Source of the DNA: Histomonas meleagridis 2922-C6/04-290x
Lineage: Eukaryota; Protista; Parabasalia
Direction: 5' to 3'
NCBI GenBank assembly: GCA_020184695.1
Contig: JAANOX010000068.1
Location: 62,001 to 126,000, forward strand
DNA: 64,000 nt
This document shows positions 21,698 to 31,388 of this stretch, piece after piece; position 1 is the stretch's first letter, and every line of letters starts with the position of its first letter. The position numbers and the translations under genes are program-made. The notes below the pieces were generated by a model that did not search any database, was not told the origin of the DNA, and was given only the letters and a program-made list of their open reading frames with translations.

Positions 21698-23830
21698 ATG
21701 GCTGAACAAGAAAAACCTCGTCCTCAACCAGAGGTAGTTCCTCCACATGTTGTAAAACGTCTCGAAGTTTTTAAGTCACTCGAAGATAAAACACCAAAAC
21801 CTGAAGCGAAAAAAATCACAGTTACACTCCTTCCATTAAACTCAACTTCCGAAAATGTTGACGGTGAAGCTATAGAAGCTACTGCAGGTGTAACTACACC
21901 ACTCGAAATCATGAATGCTAAGTGCAAAGATTGCGGAGCATTTACTTGTCAAATCAATGGAAAAATGTGGGACTTAACTCGCCCAATTGTTGAAGATTGC
22001 AAAATTACCTTCATTACATTCGACGATGAACGTGGTAAAGAAGTTTTCTGGCATTCATCTGCTCATGTTCTTGGTGCATGCATTGAACAAGAACTTGGTG
22101 TCGAAATCGCAATTGGTCCAGCTACCGAGAACGGATTTTTCTATGACTTTGAACCACATCAAGAGAAGATTGACCCAGAATGTCTTGGAAGAATTCAAAA
22201 GAGATGCATCCAAATGTCAAAGAAGAAGGCTGACTACGAACGTAAGATGATCACTCGTGAAGATGCACTTGTTTTATTCGAATCCAACAAGTATAAGCAA
22301 GAAATTTTAACAAACCGTGTCGAACCAAATTCATTAGTTGCAGTTTACAGAACAGGAAACTTCATTGACCTTTGCCGTGGTCCACATATTATCAATGCTT
22401 CAATCATCAAATCATGGTATGTTATGGATGTATCAGGAAGCATTTGGAATGGTCATGCTGATCAAAAGATGAACAGAATCCGTGCCATTTCATTCCCATC
22501 AGAAGCCTTAATGAAGGAATACAAGAACTTCCTTCAAGAAGCTGCCAAACGTGATCACAGGAAGTTAGGTATTGATCACAATCTCTTCTTCTTCCACCCA
22601 TGGAGCCCCGGATGTGCCTTTTGGTATCCAGATGGTGCCTATGTTTATCATAGACTCATGAAAATGATCCGTGAGCAATATAAGAAGCGTGGATACGTCG
22701 AAGTTATTACCCCCAACCTTTACTACGAGGATCTTTTCAAGACATCCGGCCACTGGGAGCACTATCAAGAAGACATGTTCCACTTCCCAATTGACGATGA
22801 ACCTGTAACCGTCGATCCAACCGAAAAAACCGGCGGTTGTCCGTGCCAATGCGGCGGCGAAGCCCATCGTCGTGAAATGGGGCTTAAGCCAATGAACTGC
22901 CCTGGCCACTGCCTTGTCTTCCGTTCCAAGACCCGCTCTTTCCGCGAAATGCCAATCCGTATGGCCGAATTTGGTGTCATCCATCGTAACGAAGCTACTG
23001 GCGCTCTTTCAGGGCTTACTCGTGTTCGTCGCTTTGTCCAAGATGATGCCCACATCTTTGCCCGTGTTGATCAAATCCAAACAGAAATCAGTGATGTTCT
23101 TGATTTCATGAAAGAAGTATATGACTACTTCGGAATGACGCTTGAGTTCACTCTTTCCACCATTAACATGGAAAAGTACATGGGCGATCTCAAAGTTTGG
23201 GAAACAGCCACCAACATGTTGCGTCAATCCCTTATTGATGGCAAGCATGAATTCAAGGAAATGCCTGGTGAAGCTGCATTCTATGGCCCTAAGATTGACT
23301 GCCTTGTCAAGGACTGCCTCGGCCGTAAGCACCAGCTCGCAACTGTCCAACTTGACTTCCAACTTCCCGAGAAGTTCAACTTGGAATACGTTGATTCACA
23401 AAACAAGCCACAGCGCCCAGTCATGATTCACCGCGCAGTCCTTGGCTCGCTCGAACGCTTCATGGGCATTGCAGTTGAACACTTTGCCGCACGATTCCCA
23501 TTCTGGCTCAGCCCGCATCAAATTGTTCTTATTCCACAGAACGAGTCGAAGCCAGAGCATGTTGAGCATTGCCAAAAGTTGTGGAAGATTTTCCATGATG
23601 AAGACTTCACTTGCACGATCGATACATCCTCTGCGAAGTTACTTAAGAAGATTGCCGTCGCACGAAAGAACACTTTAGCGCATGCAATATTAGTTGTCGG
23701 TGACCGAGAAATCGCTGATGGAACAGTTTCTGTAAGATGGTGGAATATGCCCGAAAAGGCAAAGATTGAACCAATGCCACTTGAGAAGTTCCTCGAACAA
23801 ATCAGAGAAATGGTTGCTAATTACAAGTAA
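21698..23830 (+). CDS. TARS: Threonyl-tRNA synthetase (eukaryotic cytosolic type)
   Basis: TGS and editing domains (WHSSAH, DLCRGPH), KPMNCPGH, HRNEATGALSGLTRVRRFVQDDAH, MIHRAVLGSLERF, anticodon domain. Double Inr TCATTT at 21686-21696. Confidence 0.98.
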   Translation: MAEQEKPRPQPEVVPPHVVKRLEVFKSLEDKTPKPEAKKITVTLLPLNSTSENVDGEAIEATAGVTTPLEIMNAKCKDCGAFTCQINGKMWDLTRPIVEDCKITFITFDDERGKEVFWHSSAHVLGACIEQELGVEIAIGPATENGFFYDFEPHQEKIDPECLGRIQKRCIQMSKKKADYERKMITREDALVLFESNKYKQEILTNRVEPNSLVAVYRTGNFIDLCRGPHIINASIIKSWYVMDVSGSIWNGHADQKMNRIRAISFPSEALMKEYKNFLQEAAKRDHRKLGIDHNLFFFHPWSPGCAFWYPDGAYVYHRLMKMIREQYKKRGYVEVITPNLYYEDLFKTSGHWEHYQEDMFHFPIDDEPVTVDPTEKTGGCPCQCGGEAHRREMGLKPMNCPGHCLVFRSKTRSFREMPIRMAEFGVIHRNEATGALSGLTRVRRFVQDDAHIFARVDQIQTEISDVLDFMKEVYDYFGMTLEFTLSTINMEKYMGDLKVWETATNMLRQSLIDGKHEFKEMPGEAAFYGPKIDCLVKDCLGRKHQLATVQLDFQLPEKFNLEYVDSQNKPQRPVMIHRAVLGSLERFMGIAVEHFAARFPFWLSPHQIVLIPQNESKPEHVEHCQKLWKIFHDEDFTCTIDTSSAKLLKKIAVARKNTLAHAILVVGDREIADGTVSVRWWNMPEKAKIEPMPLEKFLEQIREMVANYK

Positions 23831-23907
23831 GTAAAATGGTGTTCAATCACATTTTATGTATACATTCAAATATTTCTGTGGTGTTGAATAAAACCGTCGA
23901 AATCACT

Positions 23908-24897
23908 TCAAAAGTTCGTTCGGTTTTGGAAGACGTTTGCGCCCTCGTACGATACCTCAGAGAGCGGAAAGTACGCAAGAACTTCGTCGTGGACGTTGCC
24001 CTCGAAGACACAATTGGATATCTTGAGTTGACCACAATCTGATTGAAGAAGAACGGAGCGACCGTTAAGTTTGCCTTGATTACGATTTCCATAAAAGATG
24101 CAATCACGAAGAACACCTACGTAAAGAAGATGATAACTGGTGAACCCAGCACCATAGTCAGTGGCTGTGTTATTTATAAATGAAACATGATCGAAAATAC
24201 GTTCGGCTGGTTTGTGAGTATAGTCGAAAAGTGCCGCGTATCGGTGGGCTTTGTTATTTGAAAAAGTGGAAAATTTAACGGTTCCGTGATTGTGTTGAAG
24301 ACGAACACCTCCAACCCATGAATCAGCAGCGTTGAAAGAAAAGTTAGAATTAATGATATTCCCAACATTGGAAGCTTCGTGGCCATCAAACATCATGGCA
24401 CCAAACTTATATGCACTACTATATTCGATCAATGAGTTGTTAAATATAATTGAAGGAGAATCAGATATTTCAACACTCCCTGAATAAAGTGCTTTGTTAT
24501 GAGAAAAAATACACATGTCGATTTTGACATTGCATTGAATGATTTGAACAGCACCTGCAGAAGAAAATAACTGCTTTGTAGTCTCTTTAAAAATGGATTT
24601 GGTGATGGTAACATCCATGTTTTTCCCTTGTTTTATTATTTTTGTATTGTTATGTTCATTAAAAATTACATTATTTTGTGAACCAAGACGGATCGGAGTC
24701 GAAATGTATCTCATAAATGATGACTCTGAAAGATGAAATTTTTGGAATCTATTTAAAAATGCAAAAGTAGGAATAATCTGATTTATCTGTAATTTTGAAA
24801 GAAAATAGCTATTACTATTTTGTGTTGTGGAATGTGACAAGAATGGAGACCCTGATATCAAGTTTGTTAAGGCTAGATGTAGAAGAGTCACATTCAT
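23908..24897 (-). CDS. Pmp-like / right-handed beta-helix protein
   Basis: Repeated GA/GG and FxxN motifs (FSHNKA, FSFNAA, FSNNKA, FINNTA, FYGNRN). ATG 24897; the track's 24921 start is GTG. Confidence 0.72.
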   Translation of the reverse strand: MNVTLLHLALTNLISGSPFLSHSTTQNSNSYFLSKLQINQIIPTFAFLNRFQKFHLSESSFMRYISTPIRLGSQNNVIFNEHNNTKIIKQGKNMDVTITKSIFKETTKQLFSSAGAVQIIQCNVKIDMCIFSHNKALYSGSVEISDSPSIIFNNSLIEYSSAYKFGAMMFDGHEASNVGNIINSNFSFNAADSWVGGVRLQHNHGTVKFSTFSNNKAHRYAALFDYTHKPAERIFDHVSFINNTATDYGAGFTSYHLLYVGVLRDCIFYGNRNQGKLNGRSVLLQSDCGQLKISNCVFEGNVHDEVLAYFPLSEVSYEGANVFQNRTNF

Positions 24898-25237
24898 CAA
24901 ATTAACGTTCTCGTACGTCACATTTTGAAATATTTAATGAAATCTTGCTGAAATGTGCATTTAGTCATCAAAACTATTTTTTTTTTCTTGATTTATGATT
25001 ATTAAAATAATAGCTTGGACTATATTTATAAAATTTCCTTAATAATTACTTTTAAATTTTTATTATAAATAATTGAAGTTGTATTATATCAAAATGCATC
25101 ATAGAATTTTAAATAATATGGATGCAAAAAAAATTAATTGATCTCAAAAATACTACTAAAAAATTTAAAAATAGAATGCTGTTATGCATAACAGATGTAA
25201 GTAAAATTTTTTGAAATGATTAATGTTATATACAGTT

Positions 25238-28200
25238 TTATTGATTTGCATTAAGAAAACTTTGAAGAACTTCAACAACTTTAGAATGTTGTCTAGAAGT
25301 TGCATATGTAAGTGCTGTATGAAATAGTTGGTATAAATTCCTTAAAAAGGATTTAAAATTAAGATGAGTATACACTATTTTAATATTATCAAAAAATCAT
25401 TTTTTAATTTGACATTAATTCCTTGCTGCTCAAGAAGTAGTTTTACTATTCCTAAATAACCACTTGAAGATGCGTACATAAGTGCTGTATCAAGTTAACA
25501 TAATGAATTCCAATTATATTTTTAAAACATCAAACTGTTGTAAAAATCTTCGAGTTTGAAATTTTAATATTTTTTTCATTTATATTAATATCTTCATGAT
25601 GAAGAAGTTTTTGAACTGCTTTAATATTACCAACTTGAGACGCAATCATAAGGGCTGTATTATTTAAATTAATAAAATTCCATATTTTTAAAAGAAGTAT
25701 GATATGATTGAAAATAATATCAATATGAATAAATAAAAATCTTTTATATTTACATTAATTCCTTGTTTGCTTAAAAGAATCTTGATAATTTTTATATAAT
25801 TATATTTCAAAGAGATCATAAGTGTTGTTTCGATTGATTAAAATGAATTTCATCTTTCAAAGTTTTTATCAGTACAGTTTCAAATTATGAAAATAAATTC
25901 CAAATTTTGGAATGAAATCAAAAAATATTAAAACAAAATTTGTTTTTCGTAAGGAAACATTTTTAGCATTAACATCAATTTCTTTATGTTCAAGAAGTAA
26001 CTTAACTATTTCTATATGACCATTGTAAGATGCTTTCATCAGTGCTGTATAAAATAATTTAAATAATTTCCAAATATGATTTTAAAATATTAAAATATTA
26101 AAACAAATTTTAAATAAAACAAATAAATATCTTTAGCATTAACATCAATTCCATTTTGTTTAATAAGTAATTTAACTATTTCTATATGACCATTGTAAGA
26201 TGCTTTCATAAGTGTTGTTTCAAATAATTTAAATAATTTCCAAATATTATATAAAAATATTAAAATATTAAAACAAATTTTAAATAAAACAAATAAATAT
26301 CTTTAGCATTAATAATTCCTTTATGTTCAAGAAGTAATTTAACTAATTCTATATGACCATTTTCAGATGCATAAATAAGTGCTGTACCAAATCATTTAAA
26401 TAATTTCCAAATATTATTTTGAAATATACCAAAATTATTAAAATAAATATCAAATAAAACAAATAAATATCTTTAGCATTAATATCAATTCCTTTTTGTT
26501 CAAGAAGTATTTTAACGATTTCTGTATAACCTTTTGCAGATGCCAATATAAGTGCTGTTTGAAATAATTTAAATAATTTCCAAATATTATTAAGAAATAT
26601 CAAATTACCAAAATAAAAATTATCTTTAGCATTAATATAAATTCCTTCTTGTTCAAGAAGTAATTTAACTATTCCTGTATAACCATTTATAGATGCTTTC
26701 ATAAGTGCTGTAAAAAATAACTTAAATAATTTCTAAATATTATTTTGAAATACCAAAAAATTAAAATAAATTTCAAATGAAAGAAATAAATTGCTTTGAC
26801 ATTAATATCAATTCCTTTTTGTTTAAGAAGTAATTTAACTATTTCTATGTACCCATTTTCAGATGCTTTAATAAGTGCTGTTTCAAATAATTTAAATAAT
26901 TTCTAATTATTATTTTGAAATATGCAAAAATTGTTAAAATAAATTTTAAATAAGACAAATAAATATCTTTAGCATTAATGTCAATTCCTTTTTGTTCAAG
27001 AAGTAATTTAACTATTTCTGTATGACCTTTTTCAGATGCAAATAAAAGTGCTGTTCGAAATATTTAAAATAATTTCCAAATATTATTTTGAAATATAAAA
27101 CCATTAAAACATATTATAACCAAAACAAATAAATATCTTTAGCATTAATATCAATTCCTTCTTGTTTAAGAAGTAATTTAACTATTTCTATATGACCATT
27201 TTCAGATGCTTTAATAAGTGCTGTTTCAAATAACTTAAATAATTTCTAAATATTATTTTGAAATATACAAAAATTGTTAAAATAAATTCTAGATAAACCA
27301 AAAAAATGTCTTTAGCATTAACATCAATTCCTTTTTGCATAAGAAGTAATTTAATAATTTCTTTATGACCTTTTTCAGATGCACGAATAAGTGCTGTTTT
27401 ATTACATAATTTAAACAAATTATAAGTGATGAAAATAATTTTCAAATTTTTGAAAGAAATTTTAAATAAAACAATTAAATGTCTTTAGCATTAATATCAA
27501 TTCCTTTTTGCATAAGAAGTAATTTAACTATTTCTGTATTACCTTTTTCAGATGCAAATATAAGTGCTGTTCTAAATAATTTAAATAATTTCCAAATATT
27601 ATTTTGAAATAAAAAACTATTAAAGCATATTATAACCAAAACAAATAAATATCTTTAGCATTAATATTTGCATTTTTTTCAAGAAGAAATTTAACTATTT
27701 TAATATGGTCATTTTCAGATGCCTCCATAAGTGCAGTTAGAAACAAATGAAATAAACATATAATTATGAGAATCAATTTGAAATAAAACAAATAAACATC
27801 TGAACTTGTTTGATCAATGTTAATTTTATATTGGTTAACAATCCATTGTACTGTTTCAAAGTAACCTTTATAAGATGCTTTTAAAAATTGTGTATTATAT
27901 TTTTCAAATAAATTAAGGAAACTTAAAACAAACATAAAGAAATTAAAAAAAACTTGAAATCATTTTAATATATATTTTTTGACTTTTTATCAGAAGTGCT
28001 TTTTTCAAGCATATATTTAACGACTTCATAATTTCGTGATGTATATGAAGAATTGAAAATGCTTAAAAAAGTTTGTTGGTTTTTAAGATAACGATCAAGA
28101 AAGTATATATTTCCAATTTTTGCTGCTATTCCTATACATCCACTTATTTTTAAGCCAATTGATTTTAAAAATATAAATGTATTGAAGTTACTATACTTTA

Positions 28201-29299
28201 AGCAAAGAATTCCTAAATTGTTTAAATCTATAATTTTATTGTTTTTGTTTTCATAAAGATAACGAAAGATATCATTTCGATGAAACTCAATAGCAATTTC
28301 ATATGAATTCTCAAATTTCGAATTATTTTGTTCACATAAATGAATAATTTCAAGATTTCCACCTGCAATTGCATATTTACCTGCGTTTTCTAGATTAGAA
28401 CCATTTAAAAGTAAATATTTAAAACATTTAACTGATCCAAAAAATGCTGCATAATCAACTAAAGAAACATTTTCTTTATTTATGAATGAATATCTTTCGT
28501 AAAATGATGGTTTAATTATTTGATTATAATCAAAATTTGTTTGTGACGACATTTCTTGAAGTTTTTCGATTTCATCAATTCGAATTATTTTTGAAATTTC
28601 ATTCGGATTAACTCCTTCTTTAACATATTTCTTATGAAGTTCCCAATCATTCTTTGATAGTTCTTCAAAGTTCGAGAAAAATTGTTCATAAAATTTATAT
28701 TTACATCTCTGAATTTCTTCATTTGTATAATAATTTGCAAAATATAATGATTTCTTTTCTTCAATGAAATCTGGTTGAATAAGTTCATGCTCAATCATTT
28801 TTGATAGTAAATAACATGATTCTTGTGATTTTGACTTAATTAAATAGCTCTTAAAAACATAAAATATTGTATAGCTTTGAATATTTTTTTCTAGTTCTTC
28901 AATATGTTTTAAAAAATTTAAATATAAAATTATTTCATTTCTTTGTGAGACAAATGCAATATAAATTAACCTACTTATTAAATAATTGAATGAATAAGGA
29001 AAATTATTGTCAAAAAATACAAACGCAGATTGAGATGATGATTGAACATTATCCTCATTTAGTTCAAAAATTATATTTTCAAGCGTTTGCAATGGAGCTG
29101 TGTTCTTTTTTGAATTTAATTTTCTTGAATTCATAGGTAATTTTTGGTTTACTTTTGTGGCCCTTTTGGGGTTTGGGGTTGGAATTTTTTGATAAATATT
29201 TGAAGAATTTCTGTTAATAGGAGATTTTTTCATTAAATCTATTAATAGATCTAACATTTTTGTATAAAACATTGAATTTATAGCGACCGTTTTGGTCAT
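25238..29299 (-). CDS. DUF3447-type ankyrin-repeat protein, gene A; 16 ankyrin cores each preceded by a non-canonical intervening sequence
   Basis: ORF 27965-29299 carries YAAFFGSVKCFKYL...YAIAGGNLEIIHLCEQ...AIEFHRNDIF. It is followed by 16 stop-free cores (81-96 nt, mostly 90) of consensus TALxxASxxGHxEIVKLLLEQKGIDINAKD, ending TALTYATSRQHSKVVEVLQSFLNANQ* at TAA 25238-25240. About 980 aa if each spacer is reduced to a 4-codon linker. Confidence 0.75.
25319..27973 (-). repeat. ~170-nt period array: 90-nt ankyrin core plus ~80-nt AT-rich spacer (16 spacers)
   Basis: Spacers: 27894-27973(80), 27738-27797(60), 27571-27650(80), 27398-27480(83), 27225-27307(83), 27055-27134(80), 26882-26964(83), 26712-26791(80), 26559-26621(63), 26386-26468(83), 26219-26298(80), 26049-26128(80), 25829-25958(130), 25659-25738(80), 25489-25568(80), 25319-25398(80). 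Confidence 0.93.
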
Positions 29300-29950
29300 G
29301 CCGATAGATATTTACACCATATCACTTTTTTCATTTTGTAAGAATTGTTGAATTAGAGAAAATTGACAGTACGATAAAAAAAGTAATTGAATTTAATAAA
29401 ATTTTCTGTTTGGCAGTTTCTGCCATACATTTGAATACTTTACTCAACAAAGTCAAAAAAGTTCTCGATTAATGCTTTACTAAAAATTTAATATCATCAT
29501 TGCAGCGTGGGTGCCATTGCTTTGCTATTGCTAATTTTCAATTTTTGGGAAAATTATATAATATTATTAAATATTTCAATCTATTTCAAAACTAATATCG
29601 AAACAAACGAAATAAAACGAAATAAAAAGAGATTTAAAATAGAATAGTTTGTTCTTTTTGACTGATTTTGGAATTTATAGAAATCAGATTATTTTAATAA
29701 TTTTTTAAATTTGTATTGATTCAAACCCTTACATCTATCACACTTCTAGTTTTATTTTTTAATGTAAAGAAATTTTAATATTGTTTCCATATAGCAGGAG
29801 GAAGGTGAAAACTTGGAACGATCGGTGTAATTAAAAGAAATTACTTTTCTGTAGTTTTCAATTTGAACACGTTATTCCAGATTATTTCGTTTCAATTTCA
29901 TTCAAATAATTCAATAGGATGACCAAACAAAGAGTGGCCAATTAGTGATA

Positions 29951-29967
29951 TCACTTTAACTTCACTT
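29951..29967 (+). promoter_or_regulatory. Tandem trichomonad Initiator (Inr) elements
   Basis: TCACTT at 29951-29956 and 29962-29967, immediately upstream of the cofilin ATG 29975. Confidence 0.7.
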
Positions 29968-29974
29968 TAATAAA

Positions 29975-30400
29975 ATGGCTATTACTGCAATTAAGGTTCA
30001 CGATGACTGCATGCCAGTTTGGAATGATATAAAGCTCGGACACAAGTATCGTTATGTAATTTTCACATTCAGTGATGATCTTGAATATATCGTAGTTGAA
30101 AAGACAGCTCCAAAAGAAAAAACTTATGATGATTTCCTTGATGATCTTCCACAACGAGATGTTCGCTATGCTGTTTATGATTTTGACTTCACTGCTGAAG
30201 ATGGAACAAATCGTAACAGGCTTGTCTTCGTTGTTTGGGCTCCAGATATTGCTCCAGTAAAGAGGAAGATGCTCGTTGCTTCCACCAAGGCTTCACTTAA
30301 GAATGCTCTCGCCGGTGTTTCATTAGAACTTCAAGCTACTGATGATTCCGAAATTCAAGAATCAGAAATGCTTGCCAAGTGCCTTGCTTCCACAAAGTAA
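29975..30400 (+). CDS. Cofilin / actin-depolymerising factor
   Basis: KYRYVIF, TYDDFLDDLP...RYAVYDF, WAPDIAPVKRKMLVASTKASLKNAL, ELQATD. Confidence 0.96.
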   Translation: MAITAIKVHDDCMPVWNDIKLGHKYRYVIFTFSDDLEYIVVEKTAPKEKTYDDFLDDLPQRDVRYAVYDFDFTAEDGTNRNRLVFVVWAPDIAPVKRKMLVASTKASLKNALAGVSLELQATDDSEIQESEMLAKCLASTK

Positions 30401-30641
30401 AGACTCTTTAGATTTAACGATATTGAATTTTTTGGTTTTTGTGAGAATAAAATAAATCTCTGCATTACAATGGTAAAGCCGATTTGTTTTAAAATTAAAT
30501 ATGTTCCTATTAAATCTTTTCTTTATAAAAATTAATTTGATTTTAACTTAGAATCATACAAAATAAAGCTAATATGTATGGAGCTTAGCATAATTATTTT
30601 CATTCAATTTTATTGACGGATTTAAAAACGTTCATTGTTAA

Positions 30642-31142
30642 ATGAATATTAGCCCTGCAAAAAAGAAGCTCTTAGATCAATACAAACGTCTTCAAAAAGA
30701 AGATAAGGATGTCGCTGGTGTTAAGGCCGCTCCTTCTCCCGATAATATAATGGAATGGAATGCAATCATTTCTGGACCACCAGATACTATCTGGGAAGGA
30801 GGCGTTTTCAAAATGAAGCTAGAATTTACAGAAGACTATCCACAAACAGCTCCAATTGTTAAGTTTGTTACACCAATTTTTCATCCAAATGTATATGGTA
30901 ATGGAAAAATTTGTGTTGATACTCTTCAAAAAGAATGGTCTCCATATTATACAATAGCTGCCTTACTGCAGTGCATTCGTTCTCTATTAAATGAACCAAA
31001 TCCCGATTCTCCTGCTAATATAGAAGCTTCAGATATGTATAAAGCATACATAAAAGCCAAAGAAGAAGGTGTTGAAAACAATGAATATGTTAAAAAAGTT
31101 CGTGCATGTGTTGAAGAATCAATTCGATTAAATCAAATTTAA
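30642..31142 (+). CDS. Ubiquitin-conjugating enzyme E2 (Rad6/UBE2A-like)
   Basis: WNAIISGPPDTIWEGGVF, FHPNVYGNGKICVDTLQKEWSP (catalytic Cys), LLNEPNPDSPAN. Confidence 0.95.
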   Translation: MNISPAKKKLLDQYKRLQKEDKDVAGVKAAPSPDNIMEWNAIISGPPDTIWEGGVFKMKLEFTEDYPQTAPIVKFVTPIFHPNVYGNGKICVDTLQKEWSPYYTIAALLQCIRSLLNEPNPDSPANIEASDMYKAYIKAKEEGVENNEYVKKVRACVEESIRLNQI

Positions 31143-31388
31143 TAAACATACTTTAAGCATTACTTCATCACTCCAATGTAAAAATGATTTAATTCTTTTC
31201 CGTGTCAACATTTTAAAAATTGTCTAAAATTTCAAAATCCGATTACTTGATTTAATTCTTAGTTTCATATCATTAAACACATTTTCAAATATTTGGAAGT
31301 TTTCTTTGTACGAAAATGTTGAAGAGAATAACAAATTTAAAAAAATTACAAAAAATTTTATTATTTCATTCAACAAATAATGGTTTAT

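Noticed and set aside
22560-23700. Higher GC in the ThrRS catalytic half as a sign of horizontal transfer
   Set aside because: The protein has the eukaryotic-type architecture throughout; codon bias in a highly expressed gene is the simpler explanation.
26349-27935. Short ORFs annotated as separate ankyrin-plus-hydrophobic-tail proteins (26349-26702, 27188-27445, 27630-27935; likewise 52730-52918, 53272-53454, 53451-53705)
   Set aside because: They are chance read-through pieces of the core/spacer array; the hydrophobic tails are simply translated AT-rich spacer.
25319-27973. Canonical GT-AG splicing of the ankyrin spacers using GTTTT at spacer position 9 and the ACAG in ACA-GCA
   Set aside because: The join (ATT TAT TT|CA CTT) is out of frame. 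GT at +9 is present in fewer than half of spacers, and several cores begin ACT GCA, ACA ACA, TCT GTA, AAT GCA or ACA CCA with no AG.
25319-27973. CRISPR-like or DGR-like repeat/spacer array
   Set aside because: The conserved units are 90-nt protein-coding ankyrin cores in a eukaryotic gene; there are no cas or reverse-transcriptase genes in the window.
31282-31299. TTTTCAAATATTTGGAAG as a solo copy of the spacer motif
   Set aside because: Only a partial match, without the 5' ATTTATTTGTTTT end or the 80-nt context; plausible by chance in AT-rich DNA.
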